DNA of 64,000 nt from Pyrinomonadaceae bacterium. GTDB lineage: Bacteria; Acidobacteriota; Blastocatellia; Pyrinomonadales; Pyrinomonadaceae. Both the position numbers and the translations under genes were made by a program. Position 1 is the stretch's first letter. Every line of letters begins with the position of its first letter. The stretch is from positions 4,132,883-4,196,882 of the forward strand of contig OZ252004.1 in the NCBI GenBank assembly GCA_965247235.1, read 5' to 3'. Positions 34,512 to 44,065 of the stretch are shown here, in pieces. The notes under the pieces were generated by a model. It was not told where the DNA came from, ran no database searches, and was given only the letters and a program-made list of their open reading frames with translations.

Positions 34512-36884
34512 TTAATTCCCGATTGAGTTGAATAACAGCGGAAAAGTCGCCAGCGACTGCCCTCGATATTGCGGGCGAAAGCCGAATAAAATTATTTTGC
34601 CTTTGCCGTAATTGACGGAAACGAGCGCGGCTTTGCCGGCGATTTTTTCCGCGCCGAGTGCGTAGCCGGAAAGTAAAACGTCTTTCGCGTCGGTCGGATA
34701 TTTGGCGATGATTTTGACGTTTGTGTTATCGGTGATTTCAAACGCGGGCGAATCTTCAAACCACGCGATTGACTGCTGCGGCATTCCTTTGGCAATCGGG
34801 TTCGCGGTGTCTAATTCGGTTCGCAGAATCGAGCCGGGAATGTAAAAGTCTTTTCTGTTCAAGCCTTTCGTCACATCTTTGACCGGCAGATTAAACTGTT
34901 CGATGGCGAAATCCGAAGCGCGGTTTAAGAAAACGAGTGTGCCGCCCGCTTCGACAAATTTCTTCAAATTCGCCACGCCGTCCGCGCCGATTCCGCCCGT
35001 GTATTCGTCGGGCATCGCGCCTTTCGCGTAGCCGTTCAAGATTTGGTTCGGCGATTGGTCGGGGAAGATGATTGTTTTGAATGAGACTTGATAAAAAGGA
35101 GATTCTTTCGATGGCGGCGGTGGTGGCGGCGCATTTTTATCGTAAATTTTTTCAGTTAGATTATTCTGTAAAATCTTTTCATTATTTACTGAAATCACCT
35201 GATATTTATTACAATCATATCTGCGCCAAGTGGTTTTATTATTGTTATAAAAAACAAATCGTGTCCAACCTTCGTCAATTGAAGGAACGTATGAACGATA
35301 AATTGGAACAGGAAATATTTTTTCTCGACAATCTCCATGATCGCTTGGACCACTAAGACCATCTTTTGCAACTTGCGGCATTTTGTAAATCGGCTCAACA
35401 TCCCAATTATACAACAATGAAATATTGTGTGCCGTTACGTCATATGGCGGAATTGGATTATTTTTTTCATCCCTCAAATCTGGATATGTTTGGCGTTCAA
35501 AAATCGCTTTTGCAAAACCCGCGTATGGTTGCTGCATTCTAACTAACAGAATCCAATCTAAATCATCCTTTTTTCGTTCTATAAGTTCTTCCGTTTCAAC
35601 GCCTGCCCTTTCCAGTAAAGATTCTATGTCTTCGCTGTAAGACATTTTATAAGCAAAAACTTCGCTTTTCTTTCGCGGTCTGCCAGCCTCTTTCCCAACC
35701 GCATAAAATCTCGAAAGCCAGCGTTCGCGGTAATCGGAAGCGTGTTTGAGCAAACTGAACGCGGCGGTCGTCATATAATTCGTGATGTCGCGCAGATGCC
35801 ATTCGCCGCCTTTCCAGACGGGCGAAAAGTTGGGCGTTTCCTTTTTCGCGTCGTAGCCTAAGCCGGTTCGCAAATCATCGAATTTCACCGTGATCGGCGT
35901 GGCGAGTTTGCACGAAGCGGTTTCCGATAAAATCCGCACGCCGCCGTGATAATGCGAATATGCCCGCGCCGGTGTCCAAGCGTCGTAGGTCGAATCGGTC
36001 GTGATGCCTTGAAAACCTTGGTCGCGCATCGTTTTCGCCATATAATTTCCGAGTTCCGTGTAACCTTCGACTAACTGCTTCGGCACGTTCGGCTCGACGG
36101 GTTGGAGATACGGCGGCAAGAAGAGACGTGCGCCGTTCGTGCCCTGCTGATGAATGTCGTTGACGATTTGCGGATGCCATTCGTTGTGGATTTTATCAAC
36201 CGTCAACTGCGTTTCAACCTGCGTAAACGCATACCAATCGCGGTTGTCGTCGTGTCCTGTATATTTGTTGTAAAGTTCCGGCGGATCAGTGCCTTCATAC
36301 GGCGTTCCCAAAGTTTTGTCATACCAATTTTTAATAATATCCACGCCGTCCGGGTTGAGCGCAGGCACGAGCAAAATAATCGTCTCGTCTAAAATCTTCA
36401 ATGTTTCCGCGTCCGTCGCGTTCGCCAATTTATCGGCGATAAGCATCGAGGACAGATAACTGCCGACTTCGTTCGAGTGAACGCCGCAGGTTATCAGCAC
36501 AATCGTTTTGCCTTGTTTGATTAAAGATTGCGCCGCTTTATCGTTCGATTTTATCAATCGCGGATCGGCGAGTTTAGCGTTGATCTGCTTATATTTTTCA
36601 AGATTTTTCAAATTCGCCGCGCTCGAAATCGTCGCGTAAACAAACGGACTGCCGTTGGTTGATTTGCCGATTTCCTCAAATTTCACGCGGTCGGAGGCGA
36701 CATCGAGCTTTTGAAAATACTCGTTGACCTGCGCCCAACTCGCCAACTTGCGGTCATCGCCCGGAGTAAAACCGAGAACGTCTTTCGGTGAAGGGATTTT
36801 TGTTTGCGCGGTGATTGATAGGGCAAGCAGGAAAATTATCCCGCAAAGGCGCAAAGACGCGAAGTAAGAGAAATTTTTTGGCAT
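34512..36884 (-). CDS. Secreted M14-family zinc carboxypeptidase domain protein (790 aa). Its 5' end and signal peptide overlap a copy of dispersed repeat D/C
   Basis: Signal peptide. GVHSNE (HxxE Zn-ligand) M14 motif. Poly-Pro low-complexity insert. N-terminal codons ..SYFASLRLCG are encoded by cttacttcgcgtctttgcgcctttgcggg. Confidence 0.65.
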   Translation of the reverse strand: MPKNFSYFASLRLCGIIFLLALSITAQTKIPSPKDVLGFTPGDDRKLASWAQVNEYFQKLDVASDRVKFEEIGKSTNGSPFVYATISSAANLKNLEKYKQINAKLADPRLIKSNDKAAQSLIKQGKTIVLITCGVHSNEVGSYLSSMLIADKLANATDAETLKILDETIILLVPALNPDGVDIIKNWYDKTLGTPYEGTDPPELYNKYTGHDDNRDWYAFTQVETQLTVDKIHNEWHPQIVNDIHQQGTNGARLFLPPYLQPVEPNVPKQLVEGYTELGNYMAKTMRDQGFQGITTDSTYDAWTPARAYSHYHGGVRILSETASCKLATPITVKFDDLRTGLGYDAKKETPNFSPVWKGGEWHLRDITNYMTTAAFSLLKHASDYRERWLSRFYAVGKEAGRPRKKSEVFAYKMSYSEDIESLLERAGVETEELIERKKDDLDWILLVRMQQPYAGFAKAIFERQTYPDLRDEKNNPIPPYDVTAHNISLLYNWDVEPIYKMPQVAKDGLSGPSDHGDCREKIFPVPIYRSYVPSIDEGWTRFVFYNNNKTTWRRYDCNKYQVISVNNEKILQNNLTEKIYDKNAPPPPPPSKESPFYQVSFKTIIFPDQSPNQILNGYAKGAMPDEYTGGIGADGVANLKKFVEAGGTLVFLNRASDFAIEQFNLPVKDVTKGLNRKDFYIPGSILRTELDTANPIAKGMPQQSIAWFEDSPAFEITDNTNVKIIAKYPTDAKDVLLSGYALGAEKIAGKAALVSVNYGKGKIILFGFRPQYRGQSLATFPLLFNSIGN

Positions 36885-37212
36885 TGATTGAAAACCTCGA
36901 AGAAAAATTTAGTGTAAGTGTAAAGCAAAACGGAGTAAGAGAAAAGATTAAAGAAAATAGGACGCGGACAAACGCGGATTAAGCGGATTTTCGCGGATTG
37001 ATGATGAATTATTTATTGAAATTGCGATAACAAATTGTTTGTCAATCCTGAAAATCAATCGTTTAATTGGGGCTTTTAACTGTCTGCACAAAATTCACGA
37101 AAATCATTTCTTTAATTTGACCGATTAAATATTTTTTCTCAATAAGTTTTTGAAGTCCGCGAAAATCCGCTCAATCCGCGTTCGTCCGCGTCCCATTTCT
37201 TACTTTCCCGAC
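36838..37212. mobile_element. MITE-like element, copy 1 (about 40-bp terminal inverted repeats AATAGGACGCGGACAAACGCGGATTAAGCGGATTTTCGCGG, AT-rich interior)
   Basis: The right end ccgcgaaaatccgctcaatccgcgttcgtccgcgtcccatttcttac is the reverse complement of the left end. A second shorter copy lies at 58786-58960. Confidence 0.65.
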
Positions 37213-37235
37213 TTCTAAGTTAAAATAGATTCTTT

Positions 37236-38216
37236 ATGAACAATCAAACGATCAGCGAATTTATCAAACATAATTTTCGTCATTTCAACGCGGCGGCGTT
37301 GGTGGACGCGGCGGAAGGCTACAAAAAACATCTCGAAACGGGCGGCAAAATGATGATTACGCTTGCCGGCGCGATGTCCACGGCGGAACTCGGTTTGAGT
37401 CTGGCGGAAATGATCCGGCAGGACAAAGTGCAGATTATCACCTGCACGGGCGCGAATCTCGAAGAAGATTTATTTAATCTCGTCGCCCACGATTTTTACG
37501 AACGTGTGCCGCATTACCGCGATCTCACGCCGCAGGACGAACAGGAGTTGCTGTCACGGCATATGAACCGCGTAACCGACACCTGCATTCCCGAAATGGA
37601 AGCGATGCGGCGGTTAGAGAAGGCGATGGTTGATGTTTGGACGAAAGCCGACGCGAATAATGAGCGATATTTTCCGCACGAATTTATGTATCAAATCTTG
37701 AAATCGGGCGTGTTGGAAGAGTTTTATCAGATTGATTTGAAAAATTCGTGGATGTTTGCGGCGATGGAGAAAAATCTGCCGATCATCGTTCCCGGCTGGG
37801 AAGATTCGACGATGGGCAATATGTTCGCCGGACACGTCATCACCGAAGACATCAAAAACGTCCACACCGTCCGCACGGGCATCGAATATATGATGATGCT
37901 CGCCGATTGGTATACGAAAAATGCGACTGACGATTCGACCATCGGATTTTTCCAAATCGGCGGCGGCATCGCGGGCGATTTCCCGATCTGCGTCGTGCCG
38001 ATGCTCCATCAGGATTTGCAACGTGAAAACATTCCCGTCTGGGGTTATTTCTGCCAGATTTCCGATTCGACGACGAGCTACGGCAGCTATTCCGGCGCAG
38101 TTCCGAACGAAAAAATAACTTGGGGCAAATTGGCGGTTGACACGCCGAAATTCATCGTCGAATCCGACGCATCAATCGTCGCGCCGCTGATGTTCGCGTA
38201 TATTTTAGGCTGGTAA
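37236..38216 (+). CDS. Deoxyhypusine synthase family protein
   Basis: 326 aa. Motif ITCTGANLEEDLFNL resembles the DHS (V/I)TTAGG.EED(L/I) region. Confidence 0.65.
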   Translation: MNNQTISEFIKHNFRHFNAAALVDAAEGYKKHLETGGKMMITLAGAMSTAELGLSLAEMIRQDKVQIITCTGANLEEDLFNLVAHDFYERVPHYRDLTPQDEQELLSRHMNRVTDTCIPEMEAMRRLEKAMVDVWTKADANNERYFPHEFMYQILKSGVLEEFYQIDLKNSWMFAAMEKNLPIIVPGWEDSTMGNMFAGHVITEDIKNVHTVRTGIEYMMMLADWYTKNATDDSTIGFFQIGGGIAGDFPICVVPMLHQDLQRENIPVWGYFCQISDSTTSYGSYSGAVPNEKITWGKLAVDTPKFIVESDASIVAPLMFAYILGW

Positions 38217-38224
38217 GAGAAGAG

Positions 38225-38464
38225 AATTGACAGGGATGAAGAGGATAAACAGCGATTTAGGGCAAATGAGGTGTTTTTTTAGTTGATTTGCCAACAACCT
38301 TTTGTTTTACTTTGCGCCTTTGCGGGAAACATTCTTTCAAATAAAAAGAAATTTCCCGCAAAGGCGCAAAGTAAGACATAAGTAAAGATAAAATTTATGA
38401 AGCGGTGATTTACAAAATCATTTTTCGATTTTTCATCCCTGCTTATCCTCTTCATCCCTGTTAA
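38225..38464. repeat. Nested palindromes: outer family A arms enclosing an inner perfect family D inverted repeat
   Basis: Outer arms attgacagggatgaagaggataaacag ... catccctgcttatcctcttcatccctgttaat. Inner tactttgcgcctttgcgggaaa ... tttcccgcaaaggcgcaaagta. Confidence 0.7.
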
Positions 38465-38479
38465 TTCGTCCTGATATTT

Positions 38480-39448
38480 ATGAGTAAATACATCGTGACC
38501 GGCGGCGCGGGATTTATCGGCAGTGCGCTTTGTTGGAGATTAAATGAGCTTGGCGAAACGGATATTTTAATCGTTGACCGGCTTGATTCAACCGACAAAT
38601 GGAAGAATCTCGCGCCGCTCGAATTCGCCGATTATATTGATGCCGATGATTTTATCGGAAGTCTGAAAAAGTTTGACGGTGCAAAGGTTTTACTGCATCT
38701 CGGCGCGTGTTCGGCGACGACCGAGCGCGATGCTGATTTTATGATGCGGAACAACTACGAGTTTACGAAAACGCTCGCGCATTGGTCGGTCGAAAATAAC
38801 ATTCGCTTCATCTACGCATCGAGCGCGGCAACTTACGGCGACGGCGCAAACGGGATGAACGACGGTGCGGACGAACTAGAAAATCTGCGCCCGCTCAATG
38901 TTTACGGGTATTCCAAACATTTATTCGATAAATACGCGCACCGCAACGGATTATTTGAAAGCATCGTCGGACTGAAATATTTCAATGTCTTCGGACCAAA
39001 CGAAAATCATAAAGGCGAGATGCGTTCGCTGGTCAACAAAGCGTTCACGCAGATTCGGGAAACCGGCGCATTGCAGCTTTTTAAAAGCGCGAATCCAGAT
39101 TACAAAGACGGCGAATTCGGACGCGATTTCGTTTACGTTAAAGATGTCGTCGAGATGACGCTGCATTTTCTCGAAAATCCGGCAAGCGGTTTATTCAACA
39201 TCGGTTCAGGCGAAACGCACACCTGGAACGAACTGGCAAAAGCGATTTTCGCCGCGCTCGAACTCGAACCGAACATCGAATACGTCGAGATGCCTGAACA
39301 CCTGCGCGACCGCTACCAATATCATACGCAAGCCGACATTTCGCGGATTCGCCAAACAGATTATGATAAAAAAATGACGAATCTGCCCGAAGCCGTCGCC
39401 GACTATGTGAGAAATTATTTGATTCCCGGTAAATTTTTGGGTGATTAG
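38480..39448 (+). CDS. hldD: ADP-L-glycero-D-manno-heptose-6-epimerase
   Basis: KYIVTGGAGFIGS...DILIVDRL Rossmann N-terminus, YGYSK catalytic motif, HldD-like C-terminus (YQYHTQADISRIR). Confidence 0.85.
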   Translation: MSKYIVTGGAGFIGSALCWRLNELGETDILIVDRLDSTDKWKNLAPLEFADYIDADDFIGSLKKFDGAKVLLHLGACSATTERDADFMMRNNYEFTKTLAHWSVENNIRFIYASSAATYGDGANGMNDGADELENLRPLNVYGYSKHLFDKYAHRNGLFESIVGLKYFNVFGPNENHKGEMRSLVNKAFTQIRETGALQLFKSANPDYKDGEFGRDFVYVKDVVEMTLHFLENPASGLFNIGSGETHTWNELAKAIFAALELEPNIEYVEMPEHLRDRYQYHTQADISRIRQTDYDKKMTNLPEAVADYVRNYLIPGKFLGD

Positions 39449-39552
39449 CCATCGGAGCGCGAACATTCCTGTTCGCCGCTCAATCGCCTATAATCAAGTT
39501 TATAATTTGTGTCTTTGCTCATTTAGAATACGGTTTTATTAAAATTGAAAAT

Positions 39553-40035
39553 ATGAAGGGAAAATACAAAAAGATTGGTCTTACAGCAATTGCTTTATGT
39601 AGTCTGGCGATGATTATAGTTTGGAATTTAACATATACAATAGCCTCAGACGAAAAAAGTGATAATTTCTATTCTTATGGATATAAAATCGAAAAATATT
39701 ATTTTTGGAGAAGCACAAGAATAACATTTTGGAGTAAATACGGTTTATTTACGGGAATGAATGCAACTTACGATTTATCCAAATTGAATGTTAATAAAAT
39801 CATTGAACAGCGTTGGATCAAAAACGATCAGGCAATTTTCCTGAATTTGGAAATTGAATACTATGATTCTATAAGTTCACTTGCCCCTGCAAAAATTATT
39901 TACGATTTCCATCAAGGAGAAATCCATGCGTCTTCCCCCTTTGCACTCTGGAGATTATCGAACAAAGAAAATAAGACTAAAAGTTGGACGACTGAATCGG
40001 AATTTGATGAGATATTTAATAAGTTGAATCAATAA
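39553..40035 (+). CDS. Hypothetical membrane-anchored protein in a low-GC islet
   Basis: 160 aa. N-terminal TM. AT-rich codon usage unlike the neighbouring genes. Confidence 0.4.
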   Translation: MKGKYKKIGLTAIALCSLAMIIVWNLTYTIASDEKSDNFYSYGYKIEKYYFWRSTRITFWSKYGLFTGMNATYDLSKLNVNKIIEQRWIKNDQAIFLNLEIEYYDSISSLAPAKIIYDFHQGEIHASSPFALWRLSNKENKTKSWTTESEFDEIFNKLNQ

Positions 40036-40101
40036 GTTCAATTATTGGTATTTATATTTTTCTTTACTTTTTGTTATTTGGCAGACATCTTGACTATATA
40101 A

Positions 40102-40362
40102 TTGGGAAAACTTCATTTCGAGCGAAAAAATGATTTTATGGATATTTGTAGTTTTTTAAAAGATGAGATGCGTTCCGAATATGACTTGTCGAAATTAAAG
40201 GGCAAAGTGCGCGGCAAATATGTCGAGCGTTATAATTCGGGAACAAATTTAATTCGTCTCGAATCCGACGTGCAAAGTGCGTTTCCCGATGCGGAATCAG
40301 TTAACGAAGCATTGAGAATGTTAATAAAAGTGGCTGATCGGCAAACACAAAAACAGTTTTAA
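40102..40362 (+). CDS. BrnA-like (CopG/RHH-type) type II antitoxin, apparently orphan
   Basis: EYDLSKLKGKVRGKY...NLIRLESDVQSAFPDAESVNEALRMLIK resembles the BrnA family (EYDFSKakrG...itiRLd.Dv.e.F....gYQT.iN..LRe). Confidence 0.4.
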   Translation: MGKLHFERKNDFMDICSFLKDEMRSEYDLSKLKGKVRGKYVERYNSGTNLIRLESDVQSAFPDAESVNEALRMLIKVADRQTQKQF

Positions 40363-40374
40363 GTTTTATCAATT

Positions 40375-41187
40375 TTGAATTTTATATTTCCAAAAACCGG
40401 AGATCATCAAGACCCGAACTGGCGCGGGAAGGTTTTTCTGTGGCAGGAACAGGCGTTGTTTCTCGGTGCGGCGGCGCAGACGAGTCTGCACGCTTCACCG
40501 GCGATTAAGATTTGCATCGGTTTGGACGGCGAATTCGGTTTGCGGACGGCGGCGGACGGCGAATGGCAAAATTACAAGTCGGCGATTATCGCGCCCGGAC
40601 AAAATCACGCGATTGACGGGCGGCAGAAACGGCTTGCGCTGATCGTTCTCGTGCCGGAAGCCCGCGCCGCGCAGCCTTTGATTCCGATTTTGGCGCGGAA
40701 AGGCGTGTCGAGAATTCCGGTTGCGGTCGTGCAGAATTTTCTGCCGATTTTCGAGCGTTTTGAAGAAGCGAGCCGCGTCACCGTTGAGAGCGAAAAAATC
40801 TGCCGACGAATGCTCAAAAGCATCAAAAACGGCGACGAACTGTTGAGCGCGGCGATTGATTCGCGTGTTTCCCAAAGCATCGAATGGCTTCGCGCCGAAC
40901 CGGAAAATCACGTTTCCGTCGGTGAAATCGCCGCCAGCGTGCAGCTTTCCGAAAGCCGTTTTTCACACCTTTTCACCGCCGAAGTCGGCGTTTCCGTGAG
41001 CCGTTATCTGCTCTGGCTACGCCTGCGGAACGCCATTCATCTGCTCGCCAAAGGCAGTTCATTAACCGACACAGCCTACGAAGCCGGTTTCGCCGATTCC
41101 GCTCATCTCACCCGAACCTTCCGCCAATGTTTAGGCATCGCGCCGTCGTCGCTGATTAAACACAGTTCGCTCATTTCGTTTAATTAG
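40375..41187 (+). CDS. AraC-family transcriptional regulator (cupin-like N-domain plus AraC HTH)
   Basis: C-terminal AraC HTH (VGEIAASVQLSESRFSHLFTAEVGVSVSRYLLWLRLRNAIHLL...AGFADSAHLTRTFRQCLGIAPSS). Confidence 0.75.
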   Translation: MNFIFPKTGDHQDPNWRGKVFLWQEQALFLGAAAQTSLHASPAIKICIGLDGEFGLRTAADGEWQNYKSAIIAPGQNHAIDGRQKRLALIVLVPEARAAQPLIPILARKGVSRIPVAVVQNFLPIFERFEEASRVTVESEKICRRMLKSIKNGDELLSAAIDSRVSQSIEWLRAEPENHVSVGEIAASVQLSESRFSHLFTAEVGVSVSRYLLWLRLRNAIHLLAKGSSLTDTAYEAGFADSAHLTRTFRQCLGIAPSSLIKHSSLISFN

Positions 41188-41281
41188 CCGGAACGCAGGC
41201 TGTTTGGTAGCAGAATCGTTCAAGCATTCCGTTTTGGAGATGTGCATAATCAACATAGAAATCCATCCCGAAGTATCAAAA

Positions 41282-43054
41282 ATGACAGATAAACGAAATT
41301 TAATTTATCCCGAACCGCTGAAAATTACGGCGGACGAAACGGAAAGTTTTCAGAATTGGGGCTTTGCCGATACGCAGTTTGCGATTAAAAAAAACGGCAA
41401 CGTGACGATTCTCGGTGACAGGTATGAACTGAGCGGACAGGAATTGCCGCGACTGCTGCCGTGGATTCGGGAAACGCTCGGCATTGCGCTCGATCCGCAG
41501 GACATTCATCGGAATTCGTATCCGACGCAGATTCCCGAACCGCTTGCCGCGCCCGAATTTACGGCGGAAATCGTTAAATTTCTCGCCGCAAATCAGCTCG
41601 ACACCGGCGGCGAAAACCGTCTGCGGCACGGACACGGACACACGCAGGAAGAAATGTTTGCGATCAAACATTTTCAAATCAAGCGCATTCCCGATCTGAT
41701 CGTCTATCCTGACAACGAAATGCAGGTTGCCGAACTGATTAAAGCCGCGAAACGTCACAACGTCGCGCTGATCCCGTTCGGCGGCGGCACGAACGTAACC
41801 GACGCGCTGCGCTGTGCGGAGAACGAAACGCGCCTGATCGTCTCGGTTGATATGCGGCGGATGAACCGCGTTCTGTGGATTGATAAAGAAAATATGATGG
41901 CTTGCATCGAAGCGGGCGCGGTCGGTCGGCACATTATGACGCAGCTTGAAAAATACGGCGTGATGATGGGACACGAACCCGACAGCGTAGAATTTTCGAC
42001 GCTCGGCGGTTGGATTGCGACCAACGCGAGCGGGATGAAAAAGAACAAATACGGCAACATCGAAGACATCGTAATTGATGTCAGCGTGGCGACGGCTGAC
42101 GGTAAACTCGAACGCAAATCAGCCGCGCCGCGCGAATCGGTCGGCTCGGATTTGCGCCGTCTGATTTTCGGTTCGGAAGGCTCGCTCGGCATTATTACGT
42201 CGGCAATCGTCAAACTTTTCCCGCTGCCCGAAGCGCAGATTTACGGCTCGGTTTTGTTCCCGTCGTTTGAAGACGGTTACGAATTTATGAAGGAGTTGAC
42301 CTTGACCGCCGCGCCGCCCGCGTCCGTTCGTCTGATTGATAATATGCAGTTTCAGTTCGGTCTGGCGTTAAAACCCGCGTCGCAGGGATTCAAGGTTTTA
42401 AAGAGCAATATCGAAAAGTTTTTCGTCACCAAAATTAAAGGTTTCAAACCCGAAGAAATGGTCGCCTGCACCTTGGTTTTTGAAGGCACGCGCATTGAAA
42501 CCGACGCGCATCAAAAGGAAATTTACCGTATCGCCGAAAAACACAAAGGAATGAAAGCAGGCGGCGAAAACGGTCGGCGCGGTTATCAATTGACCTACAG
42601 CATCGCCTATATCCGCGATTTTTTGATGAATCATTACATCATCGCCGAATCGTTTGAAACGTCGTGCGCGTGGTCTGACGCGCTGAAAATCTGCGAAAAC
42701 GTCAAGGCGCGTTTGAACGAAGAATTCAAAAAACGCGGCTTGCCCGGAAAGCCTTTTATCACATCGAGAATCACGCAGGTTTACCGCACGGGCGTGGCGA
42801 TTTATTTTTATTTCGGTTTTTATTACAAAGGCATTCCGAATCCGTCGAAACTCTACGTCGAACTCGAAAACATCGCCCGCGCAGAGATTTTAAATTGCGG
42901 CGGTTCGCTTTCGCATCATCACGGCATCGGCAAAATTCGTCAGGCGTTTCTGCCCGAAATTATGTCGGAAACCGCGATCAAGTGGAAACAGGAAATCAAA
43001 CACGGTCTCGACCCCGAAAATATTTTCGGCGCGGCAAATCAGGGTTTGAAATGA
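41282..43054 (+). CDS. FAD-linked oxidase, alkyl-dihydroxyacetonephosphate synthase (AGPS)-like
   Basis: FAD-binding PCMH domain (ALIPFGGGTNVTDAL..RLIVSVDMRRMNRVLWIDKENMMACIEAGAVG). C-terminal ..LSHHHGIGK... Start at MTDKR (41282). Confidence 0.7.
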   Translation: MTDKRNLIYPEPLKITADETESFQNWGFADTQFAIKKNGNVTILGDRYELSGQELPRLLPWIRETLGIALDPQDIHRNSYPTQIPEPLAAPEFTAEIVKFLAANQLDTGGENRLRHGHGHTQEEMFAIKHFQIKRIPDLIVYPDNEMQVAELIKAAKRHNVALIPFGGGTNVTDALRCAENETRLIVSVDMRRMNRVLWIDKENMMACIEAGAVGRHIMTQLEKYGVMMGHEPDSVEFSTLGGWIATNASGMKKNKYGNIEDIVIDVSVATADGKLERKSAAPRESVGSDLRRLIFGSEGSLGIITSAIVKLFPLPEAQIYGSVLFPSFEDGYEFMKELTLTAAPPASVRLIDNMQFQFGLALKPASQGFKVLKSNIEKFFVTKIKGFKPEEMVACTLVFEGTRIETDAHQKEIYRIAEKHKGMKAGGENGRRGYQLTYSIAYIRDFLMNHYIIAESFETSCAWSDALKICENVKARLNEEFKKRGLPGKPFITSRITQVYRTGVAIYFYFGFYYKGIPNPSKLYVELENIARAEILNCGGSLSHHHGIGKIRQAFLPEIMSETAIKWKQEIKHGLDPENIFGAANQGLK

Positions 43055-43950
43055 TAAATATCAACAAAACACTGCGTTTCGGCAGACGTAAACTGCACGG
43101 AAATATTCGCCGCGCCGAAAAATTGATTCGCGTCATTCAAGGTTCGAGTGTCAAAAGAGGTGTGCAGGAACCACCGATCTGGCAGATTGAAAAAACGCGG
43201 TTTCAGGCGAATGTCTGCCGCATTTTGCTGATGCCGTTCGGCGGGCTTTTAATTTTGATGATGAAGTATGTTCGCGGCTACCGCCTCGAAAATATGCGCG
43301 AAATCCGCGAACAATTCCAAAAAATCTGGCAGGAAAAACAACGCACGAACACGCCGCTCGTGATCTGCGCCAATCATCTGACGTTTATTGATTCGGCTCT
43401 GATGATCTGGGCGTTGGCATCGAATTTTTGGTATCTGTTTAATTACAAAGCATTTATGTGGAATCTGCCCGCCGGAGATTTTTTCAAGAAAAAACTGCAT
43501 TATCACCTGACGCTCTACCTGACGAAGTGTATTTTTCTCGACCGCAAAGGAACGCCCGCGCACAAAAACGCAATTTTGAATATGTGCCGTTATCTGCTCG
43601 AAAAAGGCAATATCGTTTTAATTTTCCCCGAAGGTCAGCGCAGCCGCACGGGAATTTTTGACAACGAACGTCTGCATTTCGGAGTCGGCAAAATCATCAC
43701 TTCGCTCGAAAACGCGCAGGTTTTGTGCGTTTATCTGCGCGGCGACAAGCAGGAAGGCTTTTCCAATTATCCGCCGAAAAATTCGTCTTTTAACGTCAAA
43801 ATGAAAGTTATCAAACCGGACGCGGGCGAACTTTCCAAAAAACGCGCGAGCATCGAAGTCGTCAAACAAATCGGCGCGGCGATTAAAAATTTGGAAAACG
43901 AATATTTCGCGGAAAGCACGACTGGAGCGCAATCGGCTCGCTTGCAATAA
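43051..43950 (+). CDS. PlsC-family acyltransferase (GPAT/DHAPAT-like), translationally coupled to the AGPS-like gene
   Basis: HxxxxD motif (CANHLTFIDSALM) and FPEGQRS motif. The ATG overlaps the upstream TGA (ATGA). Confidence 0.65.
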   Translation: MININKTLRFGRRKLHGNIRRAEKLIRVIQGSSVKRGVQEPPIWQIEKTRFQANVCRILLMPFGGLLILMMKYVRGYRLENMREIREQFQKIWQEKQRTNTPLVICANHLTFIDSALMIWALASNFWYLFNYKAFMWNLPAGDFFKKKLHYHLTLYLTKCIFLDRKGTPAHKNAILNMCRYLLEKGNIVLIFPEGQRSRTGIFDNERLHFGVGKIITSLENAQVLCVYLRGDKQEGFSNYPPKNSSFNVKMKVIKPDAGELSKKRASIEVVKQIGAAIKNLENEYFAESTTGAQSARLQ

Positions 43951-44065
43951 GCGCGAAAGCGCGAGAACGAAGCACAGTTTATGCAAAGTTGAGTTAATTT
44001 AACGCTTCGTTTGCCTTTTGCAAAGGCATTGCAAGCGAGCCGCTTGCGCTCCAGTCGGATAATAA

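Noticed and set aside
40495-40911. 138-aa minus-strand ORF inside the AraC-family gene
   Set aside because: It is an antisense frame of a well-supported AraC regulator.
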